Assembly (NCBI GenBank): GCA_963794325.1
Contig: CAWCDG010000004.1
Location: forward strand, 1,703,972 to 1,767,971
Source of the DNA: an uncultured delta proteobacterium
GTDB lineage: Bacteria > Desulfobacterota > Binatia > Binatales > Binataceae
DNA length: 64,000 nt
Direction: 5' to 3'
A model generated the notes under the pieces. That model searched no databases. It worked only from the letters and a program-made list of their open reading frames with translations, and had not been told where the DNA came from. How positions within the stretch are numbered: the first letter of the stretch is position 1; every line of letters starts with the position of its first letter. Shown in pieces: positions 29,067 to 37,838 of this stretch. A program made the translations under genes and the position numbers.

Positions 29067-29403
29067 TGTCCATCCGTTTTGGTTGGTGATTCACTCCGCC
29101 GCTCCTCGCGAACCGGCGGAGCCGCCGGGTGACATACACATTTAAGGCGCGGCCTGACCCACCATTACTCCACCTTACACATAGCGACGGGTCGCTGCAC
29201 TCACGATTGGGAGATAACAGTATTTTGTTTGTCATAACAGCACCCTTTTGCTAAAGCAACTGTCGAAACCTCAAGACGTAGGAATCGAGTCCTAAAACGT
29301 CTGCGGCTCGCGCGGGAAGCACGACGGCTTCGCCTCCCCCAAACGCACCAGCCCTCACCTCATCACCTGCAGCAAGTGAGGTAGTGCCTTTTCGGAGGGA
29401 GCT

Positions 29404-32400
29404 ATGACTCGCATCGGAATCGTCGTGACTCGCTTGTTCGCGTTCACCTGCCTATTCTTCGCCGCGCTGTTGCTCATCACCGCTTGCACGGCGCTCGCAG
29501 AAAGCGACTGCAAGCCCGCGGCTCCGCTGCCGCAATCGAAGTGCAACAAGGATGCGCAATGTTGCACGGGCCTGGTTTGCGGGCCGGCTGGCAGTTCTCA
29601 AAATAATGCGACGACCCAATGCCAGCCAGGCTGCCGCATCGACGGCGTGTTCTATGCGAGCGGCGCCGTCAACGCCACACAGTGCCAGAGCTGCCAGCCC
29701 GCAGTGAGCACGAAGGCATGGAGTGATCTGGGCAACGGCACGAGCTGTAACGACCACAACGCCTGTACCCAGACCGACACATGCCAAGCTGGAGCGTGCG
29801 TCGGCAGCAAACCAATCGTCTGCACCGCCTCCGACCAGTGCCACACCGCCGGGACGTGTAATCCCAGTACGGGCGTGTGCTCGAACCCCGACAAGACCAA
29901 CGGCACGACCTGTAACGACGGCAACGCCTGCACCCAGACCGACACCTGCCAGAGCGGCACGTGCGCAGGCAGCAACCCGGTCGTCTGCACCGCCTCCGAC
30001 CAGTGCCACGTCGCGGGAACCTGTAACTCCAGCACGGGGGTGTGCTCGAACCCCAACAAGACCGACGGCACCGCTTGCAACGACAACAACGCCTGCACGA
30101 GCAACGACGTGTGCACCGGCGGCAGCTGCGCCGGTACCGCCGTCACCTGTACGGCATCTGACCAGTGCCACGGCGCGGGCACGTGCAATCCGCAGACCGG
30201 GTGCTCGAACCCGCCGCTAGCCAACGGCACAGCATGCAACGACGGCAACGCCTGCACGAGCAACGACGTCTGCACCGGCGGCAGCTGCGCCGGCGCCGCC
30301 GTCACCTGTACGGCATCTGACCAGTGCCACGGCGCGGGCACGTGCAATCCGCAGACCGGGTGCTCGAACCCGCCGCTAGCCAACGGCACGGCATGCAACG
30401 ACAACAACGCCTGCACGAGCAACGACGTGTGCACCGGCGGCAGCTGCGCCGGCACCGCCGTCACCTGTACGGCGTCTGACCAGTGCCACACGGCCGGGAC
30501 GTGTGACCCCAGCACCGGCGCGTGCTCGAACCCAGTGGCGGCCAGCGGCACGACCTGCGTCAACGCCAACGATTGCGTTTCGGGCACCGCCACCTGCAAC
30601 GGATCGGGACAGTGTATCGGGGGCACCAATGTCGCAAACGGCACTTCCTGCAATGGCGGTAACCTTTGTTTGACAGGCGGAAAGTGCTCGACGGGAACGT
30701 GCAGCGGCGGCACCCCTACGATTTGCTCCGGTCAAGACGCATGCCACACGGCTGCCACTTGTAATCCAGCTGATGGAACCTGTGCTGCCGCCACCCCGAT
30801 AGCAGATGGCCAGACCTGCAATAGCGTCGCTTGTCAGGTAGGCGGAACATGCACGGCCGGTGCGTGCAGCGGCGATAAGGCGGCGGCAGGGGGCAAGAAG
30901 GTCCTTTGTCGCCCGGCTGCAGTTGGGGCAGACGGCACGACCTGTGATGTTCCTGAATATTGCGATGGTACGAATGTAACCTGTCCGGCAGATGGTTACG
31001 TACCTGCGGGCACGCTTTGCCGAGCCATTGGGACTAATCCATCTTTTTCTACATACAATCTTTGTGACCAGGCAGAATATTGTACCGGGACGTCGAACGC
31101 TTGCCCGGCCGATACCGGCCTCGCGCTTGGTGTAGCGTGCGGAGGCGTGGGCTGCACTTCGACGGGATTTTGCCAAGGACGTTGCGGTGGAGTTAACGGG
31201 ATTGGTACCATTGCATGCAGCAGCGATAATGATTGCATGGGTCAGCCCGCAACCCGAACCCAATGTCTCCCGAGTACATTTGACCACGGCCTGCTGAAAT
31301 GTAGCGGCGGATTCAGCGAGCCCAACGGCCATACATGCACCGACAGCAATAGCGACGCTGGGACATGCGCAGATGGTCTTTGCAAAACGAGCTTTTGCAG
31401 CTACGACATCATGTGCCCTGATGGATACGTCTGTGACTCAAACCATGGTTGCGTCCTAGCTACTGCTGGTGGTTTGGGCGTCTCATGCACCGGTGACCCC
31501 ACCGGCGCCACCGTCTCCGGTACCTGCGGCTTTGATCCTGAGATCGGTACGAAAGACGACTGCTGCGCCGGGATGCAGGGAACCGGCCAAGGTGCCGCCG
31601 CAGGCCCTAACGTGTCTGGGCGCTGCGAGCAGTGCTGCAATAGCAGTACGTCAGTTAGTAGTGTTGTGAGTTGTGGTACTGACGATGTAACCCAGTGCTG
31701 TAACGGCAGATGCGCCGACACCGCCCACGACATCGACAACTGCGGCGGCTGTGCATATACCCCCCCCAGCCTCGGCGGCGGCACCAATTGCAATGAACTC
31801 CTCAGTGCTTGCTCCCCGAGTGCGACATGCAACCCGGATAATGGCGGCTGCATTTTGTCGGACGCTTGTGGCAGCACCACGGACGGGGGCCCGAATATTT
31901 GCCAAATCCCGACAGTGACGGTTACGAACTCCGCTTGTAGCGAATGCTACGCGACGAGCCTCACCGAGGTCGCAGCACTTGGAGTGACTTTTGGCAGGAA
32001 TTGTAGCACGGATGCTGATTGCCAGGGCGTTGCTGGGGCGTGCCGATTCTTCACGAGCTTCTGTGATGCAAACAGCGTGTCACCTGGCTTGGGCTGCTCC
32101 TCGAGCACTGGTTGCAGGAATGCGACTTTTAGCCAAGGTGCATGCAATGTCAATTTCACGTGCCTAACCACACTCGGGGTTACAACTTCTATCGCACCTG
32201 AGTGCACCACTTCGCCTTACACGTCCTGCGGGCTGATTTGTGCTACTGGAACTTTAAGCCAGGGGAACATCGGGACCCAATGTAGCGTAGATTCCGATTG
32301 CACCAGTGGACCGGACGGGTACCCCGGAGAGCGGTGTGAACTGACCAGCTGTCCAATTTCCCCTGGCGCGGCGCTGGCCACGTCCGGCGGCCCAGTGGCA

Positions 32401-32469
32401 GCTCAGTGCTTAATTAATGCCACCTACACCTGCCAGATACCTCTAGGAGGCGATCAATTCCAGCAGTGA
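29404..32469 (+). CDS. Secreted hyper-cysteine tandem-repeat protein (1021 aa; resembles myxobacterial-type Cys-rich repeat surface proteins)
   Basis: Signal peptide. At least six tandem 53-55-aa units of the form CNDxNACTxxDxCxxGxCxGxxxxCTASDQCHxAGTCNPxTGxCSNP. The rest is Cys/Gly/Thr-rich low-complexity sequence. There are far more than 100 cysteines in total. Confidence 0.8.
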   Translation: MTRIGIVVTRLFAFTCLFFAALLLITACTALAESDCKPAAPLPQSKCNKDAQCCTGLVCGPAGSSQNNATTQCQPGCRIDGVFYASGAVNATQCQSCQPAVSTKAWSDLGNGTSCNDHNACTQTDTCQAGACVGSKPIVCTASDQCHTAGTCNPSTGVCSNPDKTNGTTCNDGNACTQTDTCQSGTCAGSNPVVCTASDQCHVAGTCNSSTGVCSNPNKTDGTACNDNNACTSNDVCTGGSCAGTAVTCTASDQCHGAGTCNPQTGCSNPPLANGTACNDGNACTSNDVCTGGSCAGAAVTCTASDQCHGAGTCNPQTGCSNPPLANGTACNDNNACTSNDVCTGGSCAGTAVTCTASDQCHTAGTCDPSTGACSNPVAASGTTCVNANDCVSGTATCNGSGQCIGGTNVANGTSCNGGNLCLTGGKCSTGTCSGGTPTICSGQDACHTAATCNPADGTCAAATPIADGQTCNSVACQVGGTCTAGACSGDKAAAGGKKVLCRPAAVGADGTTCDVPEYCDGTNVTCPADGYVPAGTLCRAIGTNPSFSTYNLCDQAEYCTGTSNACPADTGLALGVACGGVGCTSTGFCQGRCGGVNGIGTIACSSDNDCMGQPATRTQCLPSTFDHGLLKCSGGFSEPNGHTCTDSNSDAGTCADGLCKTSFCSYDIMCPDGYVCDSNHGCVLATAGGLGVSCTGDPTGATVSGTCGFDPEIGTKDDCCAGMQGTGQGAAAGPNVSGRCEQCCNSSTSVSSVVSCGTDDVTQCCNGRCADTAHDIDNCGGCAYTPPSLGGGTNCNELLSACSPSATCNPDNGGCILSDACGSTTDGGPNICQIPTVTVTNSACSECYATSLTEVAALGVTFGRNCSTDADCQGVAGACRFFTSFCDANSVSPGLGCSSSTGCRNATFSQGACNVNFTCLTTLGVTTSIAPECTTSPYTSCGLICATGTLSQGNIGTQCSVDSDCTSGPDGYPGERCELTSCPISPGAALATSGGPVAAQCLINATYTCQIPLGGDQFQQ
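29745..30560 (+). repeat. Coding tandem DNA repeat (period ~159-165 bp, about 5 units) inside the Cys-rich gene
   Basis: Near-identical units starting gc(a/t)tgcaacgac at 30074, 30233 and 30392; more diverged units lie upstream. Confidence 0.7.
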
Positions 32470-32500
32470 GTGACTAATTCAGACAAGCGGTCGTGCATTA

Positions 32501-32545
32501 CCAGGTTGACTCTTACGCGACAAGAACGCGTAAGAGTCAACCTGG
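32501..32545 (+). terminator. Perfect 19-bp stem hairpin 32 nt downstream of the Cys-rich gene (no U-tract)
   Basis: ccaggttgactcttacgcg-acaagaa-cgcgtaagagtcaacctgg. Confidence 0.4.
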
Positions 32546-32557
32546 TGCTCGCCGCGA

Positions 32558-32730
32558 CGCCGCCATCCAGACGGATGCGACGTGGGGGAGTGGGGAAGGG
32601 GAAATCACTTTATCAAATGTGAAACCCGCGGTGGGTTTCACACTTCCTTCGGCAGGGGTGACCCCTGCAACCAGTATCCTACAACCGGTTCCCCTTCCCG
32701 CTCGGGAAGGGGTTAGGGGTTAGGTTCTTC
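32558..32730. repeat. Mosaic intergenic repeat block (direct-repeat partner of 26510-26650)
   Basis: Repeats about 75 bp of 26513-26590 almost exactly (CCATCCAGACGGATGCGACGTGGGGGAGTGGGGAAGGGGAAATCACTTTATCAAATGTGAAACCCGCG). It also carries the GGCAGGGGTGACCCCTGCA and GGTTCCCCTTCCCGCTCGGGAAGGGGTTAGGGGTTAGG modules. Confidence 0.65.
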
Positions 32731-32840
32731 GTGCGTGCGCGCGATTCCGAATACCTCGCCCGTTACTTTACGGGAGAGGCGGCCGGCGGGCGCAGCCGCC
32801 GGTAGGTGAGGGTTCCGGGCCACATCGCAAGAGCTGGCCT

Positions 32841-32945
32841 AATGACTTTTTGTGTCATTCTTGAGCGCTTCTGGATAACTCCGCTTTCACCAGCCGAAGC
32901 CCTGAGCCCAGCCGAGCGGGGAAGAATCCCGGATTCTTCTTTGCC
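32841..32945. repeat. Degenerate MITE-like hairpin (GTGTCATTCTTGAGCG variant) plus a gaagaatcccggattcttc palindrome
   Basis: aatgactttttgtgtcattcttgagcgcttctgg and the palindrome at 32920-32940. The GC content drops to the right of this point. Confidence 0.4.
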
Positions 32946-33199
32946 TCGCTCACTGAAGGGGAGCCGTCGCGACGCGCGTCCGCGTGCGGCGAGTGAGGGA
33001 CGTTTGCGCGGCGCGATTGTCTCGCGCGTCGCGATCAGATCCCAAGCTAAATACGAACGTTTGACGTGCGAGAAGTAAAATCAAGGCAAGCAGTTGCCTC
33101 GTCACAAAATCGCTGAGGTTTCAGTGGCCGAATGTTTCAGAACCGTACATCGCACGCGGGAAGGTTGCTCAGTGTATAATTCTGAACCCTAACGCGCCT

Positions 33200-33796
33200 A
33201 TGCCAAAGAAGAGAAATATACGGACGCAACGGCCAGACGATGCGTTTTCGATGGGGCCAATCTCGTTCGCTCGCTTCGGAAAAAATCTTGTCTGGAAGAG
33301 CGATTGGCCTGAAGGCGCCTTTAATGAAATGCAAGAGCAGCGAATCCAACACTATCCCAAAACCGTAGAGAAGATTGACAAGCTCATATCTGAGATCACA
33401 AGCCTCATCGGCGAGCTGCCGCCTGATAGGCTTCTACATCGAGCTTGGTGGGAAATGACCCATCTGCACAGGAAAGTTGCCAACGAAACCAGCGTCGCGT
33501 CAGACGAGAGCGCTTCGGTTCGAATGATCGACTACGTTCAAAGCGTTATCGCTGCTGCGCCGCGAGAGCATAGTCCACGAGAAGAGTTAACAGAAGAAGA
33601 GTGGGCAACGCTACGAGAAAAGGTCGACGAGCTTTTCCGAACGGTCTCCTTTGACTATCAATTCTGCCGTACCGCAAAGAACAAAGCCGAAGATCCGAAT
33701 TTCGACAAAGACTTCGAAGAATTCCGATTGCGGCTGAGATCTACTGGTGCAACGTCAGGGGTAAGAGATATCAGGTCCATGAAACCGCCTACCTGA
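33200..33796 (+). CDS. Hypothetical protein, fragment 1 of a probable single ~815-aa ORF; low-GC region
   Basis: No recognisable domain. The downstream frame is already open from 33655. Adding one base in the aaa run near 33781 fuses this ORF to the next. Confidence 0.4.
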   Translation: MPKKRNIRTQRPDDAFSMGPISFARFGKNLVWKSDWPEGAFNEMQEQRIQHYPKTVEKIDKLISEITSLIGELPPDRLLHRAWWEMTHLHRKVANETSVASDESASVRMIDYVQSVIAAAPREHSPREELTEEEWATLREKVDELFRTVSFDYQFCRTAKNKAEDPNFDKDFEEFRLRLRSTGATSGVRDIRSMKPPT

Positions 33797-33801
33797 AGGA
33801 T

Positions 33802-34608
33802 ATGTTCCTTCCACATTCTGACGTGTTGCAGGAACTATTTGGCATCTCTGGCGAGCAGTTCGTCGATGAGATTACTAAAATCTGGCATGTACTATCGTTT
33901 GGCATCAGCGATGCGGCCGAGTCATTCGGTCGATTTCAGGACGATGTAATGGACGCGCTCGACAGGAAGAGGATCGGCTTACCACCGCCGACTGAAGATG
34001 AAATGTTAGCCTTGACGTCTGAGGTCGTGAAGGAACACGGATGGGAAGATCGCCAAGATGACGTTTTAGGCCGCTTCTTTGGTATGGATCTTTTCGATCT
34101 TCAAAAAACCACAACACTCCCGCGTCGCTTACTGGACGAGTTATCTTGGTCGCCCGGAGAGGAAGTGGAATTCTTTGCAGAAGGTGCGTATAGCGGTTGG
34201 CCTCTTCGTGTCTGGCCGATCTTCAAGCGTCCTTTCATCCGATTGGACGGCCGATACTATTGTTTCGATCTCTATAGCCTTCTCGACAATCTTTACCGCG
34301 TCATGCAGCGCCTGATCCGAAATCTTAAGCCATCCTATGAGCAAACTTGGAACCGCATTCAGCAGAAAGCATCGGAAGACCTTCCTTTCAAATACTTAGA
34401 GACCTTGCTGCCAGGGGCAGATGTATGGAGGCAGGTTTACTATCGCGGTAAAACAGTCACGGGCGCCAGCGAATGGTGCGAGACTGACGGACTCCTCATT
34501 TATGATGACCACCTGTTCGTCATCGAGCGAGAGGTGGGGCCTTCACGTACACGCCTCCTGCGATCGATTTTCCTGCCTATGTTGCATCACTTAGGAACCT
34601 CGTCTTAA
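33802..34608 (+). CDS. Hypothetical protein, fragment 2 of the probable single ORF
   Basis: No recognisable domain. Contains the acidic segment DGLLIYDDHLFVIEREVG. A one-base change in the tttt run near 34567 would fuse it to the 34644 ORF. Confidence 0.4.
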   Translation: MFLPHSDVLQELFGISGEQFVDEITKIWHVLSFGISDAAESFGRFQDDVMDALDRKRIGLPPPTEDEMLALTSEVVKEHGWEDRQDDVLGRFFGMDLFDLQKTTTLPRRLLDELSWSPGEEVEFFAEGAYSGWPLRVWPIFKRPFIRLDGRYYCFDLYSLLDNLYRVMQRLIRNLKPSYEQTWNRIQQKASEDLPFKYLETLLPGADVWRQVYYRGKTVTGASEWCETDGLLIYDDHLFVIEREVGPSRTRLLRSIFLPMLHHLGTSS

Positions 34609-34643
34609 AGCCCGCAACGCAGGGCAAGCGATTCGTTGAGTAT

Positions 34644-34955
34644 TTGAAAAGTGCCGACGCGGTTCCTTTGTTCGACAGAGATCACAAGCAGGTCGGTGAG
34701 CTACGCAAGAAGAACTTTCGCCACATCACAATATGCCCGGTAACCCTCGACCCATTCACCGAAATAGCCGCTCAGGTACAACATCTCCGTAAGATTGGTG
34801 TCGACGTTGGTTCCGAGCCCATTTGGGTCGTATCTCTAGACGATCTCCGCGTGTACGCGGACATTTTCGAAAATCCCCTGCTTTTCCTGACACTACGTGG
34901 AGCAGAGAATGCAAGGTTTCCGGTCGAACGTTATCAGGTCCGACGACGAGCTTGA
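34644..34955 (+). CDS. Hypothetical protein, fragment 3 of the probable single ORF
   Basis: TTG start. Its frame is open from 34509. It overlaps the next ORF by 59 nt in another frame; a one-base change at the ttt run near 34916 would fuse them. Confidence 0.35.
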   Translation: MKSADAVPLFDRDHKQVGELRKKNFRHITICPVTLDPFTEIAAQVQHLRKIGVDVGSEPIWVVSLDDLRVYADIFENPLLFLTLRGAENARFPVERYQVRRRA

Positions 34956-35652
34956 TCATCTGGGCCTCTACCTAAAGCACAACCATTTCACTACCTATGC
35001 TCAGGAAATTCACGGTGACTCCGATGCCAGAATCAGGTTCGTCGGATACCGGGCGAGTATCGACAAATTTTTTAGTGAGCGCATGCTTGACCCAACCACA
35101 CCCTGCCCTTTAAAGCAGGAAATCCCACCACGCATTCTGGAGATTGTCGAGTTCCTATCGCGCAGCAACAAACCGGGCCGCGCGGAAATCGCTGCCTTTC
35201 TGCTGGATATTGACGCCGTAAGGCGTACGCCGGTCGCGAGGAACATCGATGAGGAATTGTTGAGGCAGCCCACCACTAAGCGACCGATGCCATTCTCGAT
35301 GCATGCTGGCGTGAATCTGACAGTCTTCTGCTGGACCAACGCTTGGGCCCAGAGACGAGCTCCCCTTGCGCTTTACCACACGCGGACAGTGTTCCTGATC
35401 CACGAAGAGTCGCGTCGCCTTTTGCTTGAACTAAGTTACACAGACTCCGGCGTTCTCAAAGACATCGACTGGAATTGGGTAGACTCAGCCAGCATACCTT
35501 CGCATGAGTTGCCAAGCTTGCGCGCCAACGCAGACGGGTTGCGTCGCGAAAGGATCACCAAGGCGAAGGGCGCAAAGGGGAAAATCGAAAGAAACGATCC
35601 GTGTCCTTGCGGCAGCGGCAGGAAGTACAAGCGATGCTGCCTGGGGCGATAG
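34897..35652 (+). CDS. Hypothetical protein with C-terminal SEC-C zinc-binding motif, fragment 4 of the probable single ORF
   Basis: GTG start. The C-terminus DPCPCGSGRKYKRCCLGR matches the SecA C-terminal (SEC-C) metal-binding motif. Nothing else is recognisable. Confidence 0.45.
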   Translation: MEQRMQGFRSNVIRSDDELDHLGLYLKHNHFTTYAQEIHGDSDARIRFVGYRASIDKFFSERMLDPTTPCPLKQEIPPRILEIVEFLSRSNKPGRAEIAAFLLDIDAVRRTPVARNIDEELLRQPTTKRPMPFSMHAGVNLTVFCWTNAWAQRRAPLALYHTRTVFLIHEESRRLLLELSYTDSGVLKDIDWNWVDSASIPSHELPSLRANADGLRRERITKAKGAKGKIERNDPCPCGSGRKYKRCCLGR

Positions 35653-35699
35653 CAAGCCAATGAAAGGGATAGAGTTCTCTCGTTGCTCTCTCTGCGCGA

Positions 35700-35966
35700 T
35701 ATGCATCGCATCAAGCAATCCTGCTTTAGTTGTCCCTCACCCGCGCCGGAGGCGCGGCCTCTCCCCACGAACGGGCGAGGCTAAGAACCCAGGGTCCCTC
35801 TGCGGAGCCTGCCCTGAGCGAAGTCGAAGGGGTCGGGATGACACAAGGACTCAGGAGTGGCTGCGCAGGATCCGGATGCGCACCTTGAATCGCGCGCGAA
35901 AAAAATCGCGCGCTGAACAAGGTCCCTCTCCTTAAATCCTCTCCCGTCGGGAGAGGGGAAGATAAG
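35700..35966. repeat. Cluster of short hairpin repeats (CTCTCCCGN6CGGGAGAGG..ATAAG family and a GTGTCATCCCGACCCCTTCGACTTCGCTCAGG variant)
   Basis: ctctcccgtcgggagaggggaagataag at 35937-35966 recurs at 47264-47300. The interval 35812-35845 is a variant of the MITE-like family. Confidence 0.45.
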
Positions 35967-36016
35967 AAAAACACATCGCCTGCTCAGTTTCGGTATCAAC
36001 GCCAAGCCGGAAAACT

Positions 36017-36044
36017 ATTCGTGTTTCGTTCTCCTGAACTTTAT
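36017..36044. repeat. 28-bp direct repeat (left copy) flanking the IS1595-family transposon-like unit
   Basis: attcgtgtttcgttctcctgaactttat is identical to 38828-38855. Confidence 0.7.
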
Positions 36045-36224
36045 GGGGATTAGTAGTTTGTTGACACCATTCCTGCTAATCTGGCGTCGGCGTGACAGGC
36101 CGACGACAACCGTTGACATTCGCACCTGCTATATTCGCTGTCTGATCGCCTTGCGTTTTTAAGTGCGGTCTATAACCAAGGACGTTCTCCGCTTCGTCGG
36201 AGTTCGTGTTATAAGGTCAGCGTC

Positions 36225-37070
36225 ATGGCAAGATTGCGGTTTCGGTTTGAATTGAGGCGGGACGCCAAGGGCGTCCAATTGCAGAAGCTCGCCAAGATCG
36301 CCGAGGAGACGCAACGTTTCTTGCGAATGATGGCGAAGGACGTAGAGAACGACCGGCTTCAGGAAGATTGGGTTGCCGTTAATTTCTTGGACCACTCGAT
36401 CGGTTACGACTTAGAATTCATCGGTGACGCCGACGAAGACGAAGCACGAATCTTCCGCCGCGCTGTTCTCCATGTTGCAAATTGGACTACGAACGGTCAC
36501 TCGCGCGAGGGTGTGCAAGGTGTTCGGAAGGAAACGCTTCTCCAATTCGCAAAGATCGCAGAGCCGCTCGAATCTACAGAGAAAATAGATTGGGGGTTTT
36601 TTAACGGAACCGATCCCGATCTTCCTACCGACGCTCCCTTGGACTGGCGTTCCTTAACTAAGAGCCAGGCTCTCGCTGTCTCTGAGCGATTGAGCCAAAT
36701 AATTGAATACCGAGGAATGATTCAGGGAATCATTCACTCTCTGTACAAAGAATCGTCGCCTCCGTACTTCGACGCTAGGCAGTTATCTACTCAAGATATA
36801 GTTAAGTGCTTGTATAAACAGGAAGACTACAGACTTGTAGTTAACTTGTTGCAACGGCGGGACGCCGTAGTAATAGTCTCTGGACTCATTAAGGCACGTC
36901 GCCTAGATCGCAAAATCACAGAGATTCGTATCGAACGAATGCGTTCCACAGAACCATTGTCCGATGCGGAGTTTGCGAAGTTGCAGGGCGCTGCACCGGA
37001 GTTGACAGGACGACTAAGCACTGACGATTTCATTGAGCGCCAGCGCCGTAGAGACAATGGCGACGAATAA
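36225..37070 (+). CDS. Hypothetical protein (281 aa), transposon cargo gene 1
   Basis: ATG at 36225. No recognisable domain or HTH. It overlaps the downstream PIN gene by 14 nt, so the two are probably co-transcribed. Confidence 0.45.
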   Translation: MARLRFRFELRRDAKGVQLQKLAKIAEETQRFLRMMAKDVENDRLQEDWVAVNFLDHSIGYDLEFIGDADEDEARIFRRAVLHVANWTTNGHSREGVQGVRKETLLQFAKIAEPLESTEKIDWGFFNGTDPDLPTDAPLDWRSLTKSQALAVSERLSQIIEYRGMIQGIIHSLYKESSPPYFDARQLSTQDIVKCLYKQEDYRLVVNLLQRRDAVVIVSGLIKARRLDRKITEIRIERMRSTEPLSDAEFAKLQGAAPELTGRLSTDDFIERQRRRDNGDE

Positions 37071-37629
37071 ACAACAAGCGTACATGGATTCTTGCTGCTT
37101 TATCGAATACGTAAAGCACAAGGTGGGCATTCCATTAAGTACCGAGCGCGACAACGAAGCTTGGTATATTGGCCAATTGCTACAAGCATCGGCTGACCGA
37201 GACATTGAAATATACACTTCTACGTTAACCGTCGCCGAATGCACTCACGCTGAAGGCGATATAAGTGATGAAGTTCAGGATTGGTTTATTCGGCTTCTAA
37301 CGTCGGGGAAGCACGTAATATTAGTAGAGCCAGATATTTTCGTCGCAGAACTCGCTAGAGACCTACGATGGAGACATAACATTCGCCTAGGGGGTGCGGA
37401 TGGCTTGCACGTCGCTTCAGGTATCGATAGGGCTTGCGTCGAATTCTTGACGTTGGAAGGCGAGAAAAAGAATAACGCGATTCTCAGAAACAAGGGTGAG
37501 ATCGTAAAGCTGGGCATGACTCCTCGGCATCCCTCCGATACAACCTGTCTTAGCGAGGAGTACCGACAACAGGTCGTGCCTGGTGTGCCTCCAGCGCCAC
37601 GAAAAAGGAAGATGGGAAAGAAGAAGTAA
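37057..37629 (+). CDS. PIN-domain (VapC-like) putative ribonuclease, transposon cargo gene 2
   Basis: Acidic residues sit in PIN-like positions: AYMDSCCFIEY (Asp 1), STLTVAEC (Glu) and GGADGLHVASGIDRAC (Asp 3 and 4). The C-terminal tail is basic. The start could be ATG 37057 or 37084. Confidence 0.5.
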   Translation: MATNKQQAYMDSCCFIEYVKHKVGIPLSTERDNEAWYIGQLLQASADRDIEIYTSTLTVAECTHAEGDISDEVQDWFIRLLTSGKHVILVEPDIFVAELARDLRWRHNIRLGGADGLHVASGIDRACVEFLTLEGEKKNNAILRNKGEIVKLGMTPRHPSDTTCLSEEYRQQVVPGVPPAPRKRKMGKKK

Positions 37630-37838
37630 GGCGCTATCTAGCGCTTCTGCTTTTGCGCCTTATCGATTTTTTCTTTCGGGACGTTCACCAGGTGCCGCAT
37701 CATCCGGTCGAATTCTGACATGTCCGCGTTTTTCAGTGCTTCGCGGAGTTCTTTTGTCTTCGCGCGGATTGACGGGGAATCTGAAGTCGCCTTGGGCACG
37801 TCGCCACTTTAGCGAATTCACAGGCACGCGGCTACGGA

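Noticed and set aside
29745-30560. Possible CRISPR array (regular ~160-bp periodicity)
   Set aside because: The repeats are in-frame protein-coding tandem units within one ORF and are more than 90% identical over the whole unit. There is no short repeat and variable spacer structure, and no cas genes nearby.
29452-30713. Long minus-strand ORFs (29452..30171, 29652..30713, 30376..31332) inside the Cys-rich gene
   Set aside because: They are antisense to a repetitive GC-rich coding region. Long open antisense frames are expected there by composition and repetition. The plus-strand product has a signal peptide and coherent tandem protein repeats.
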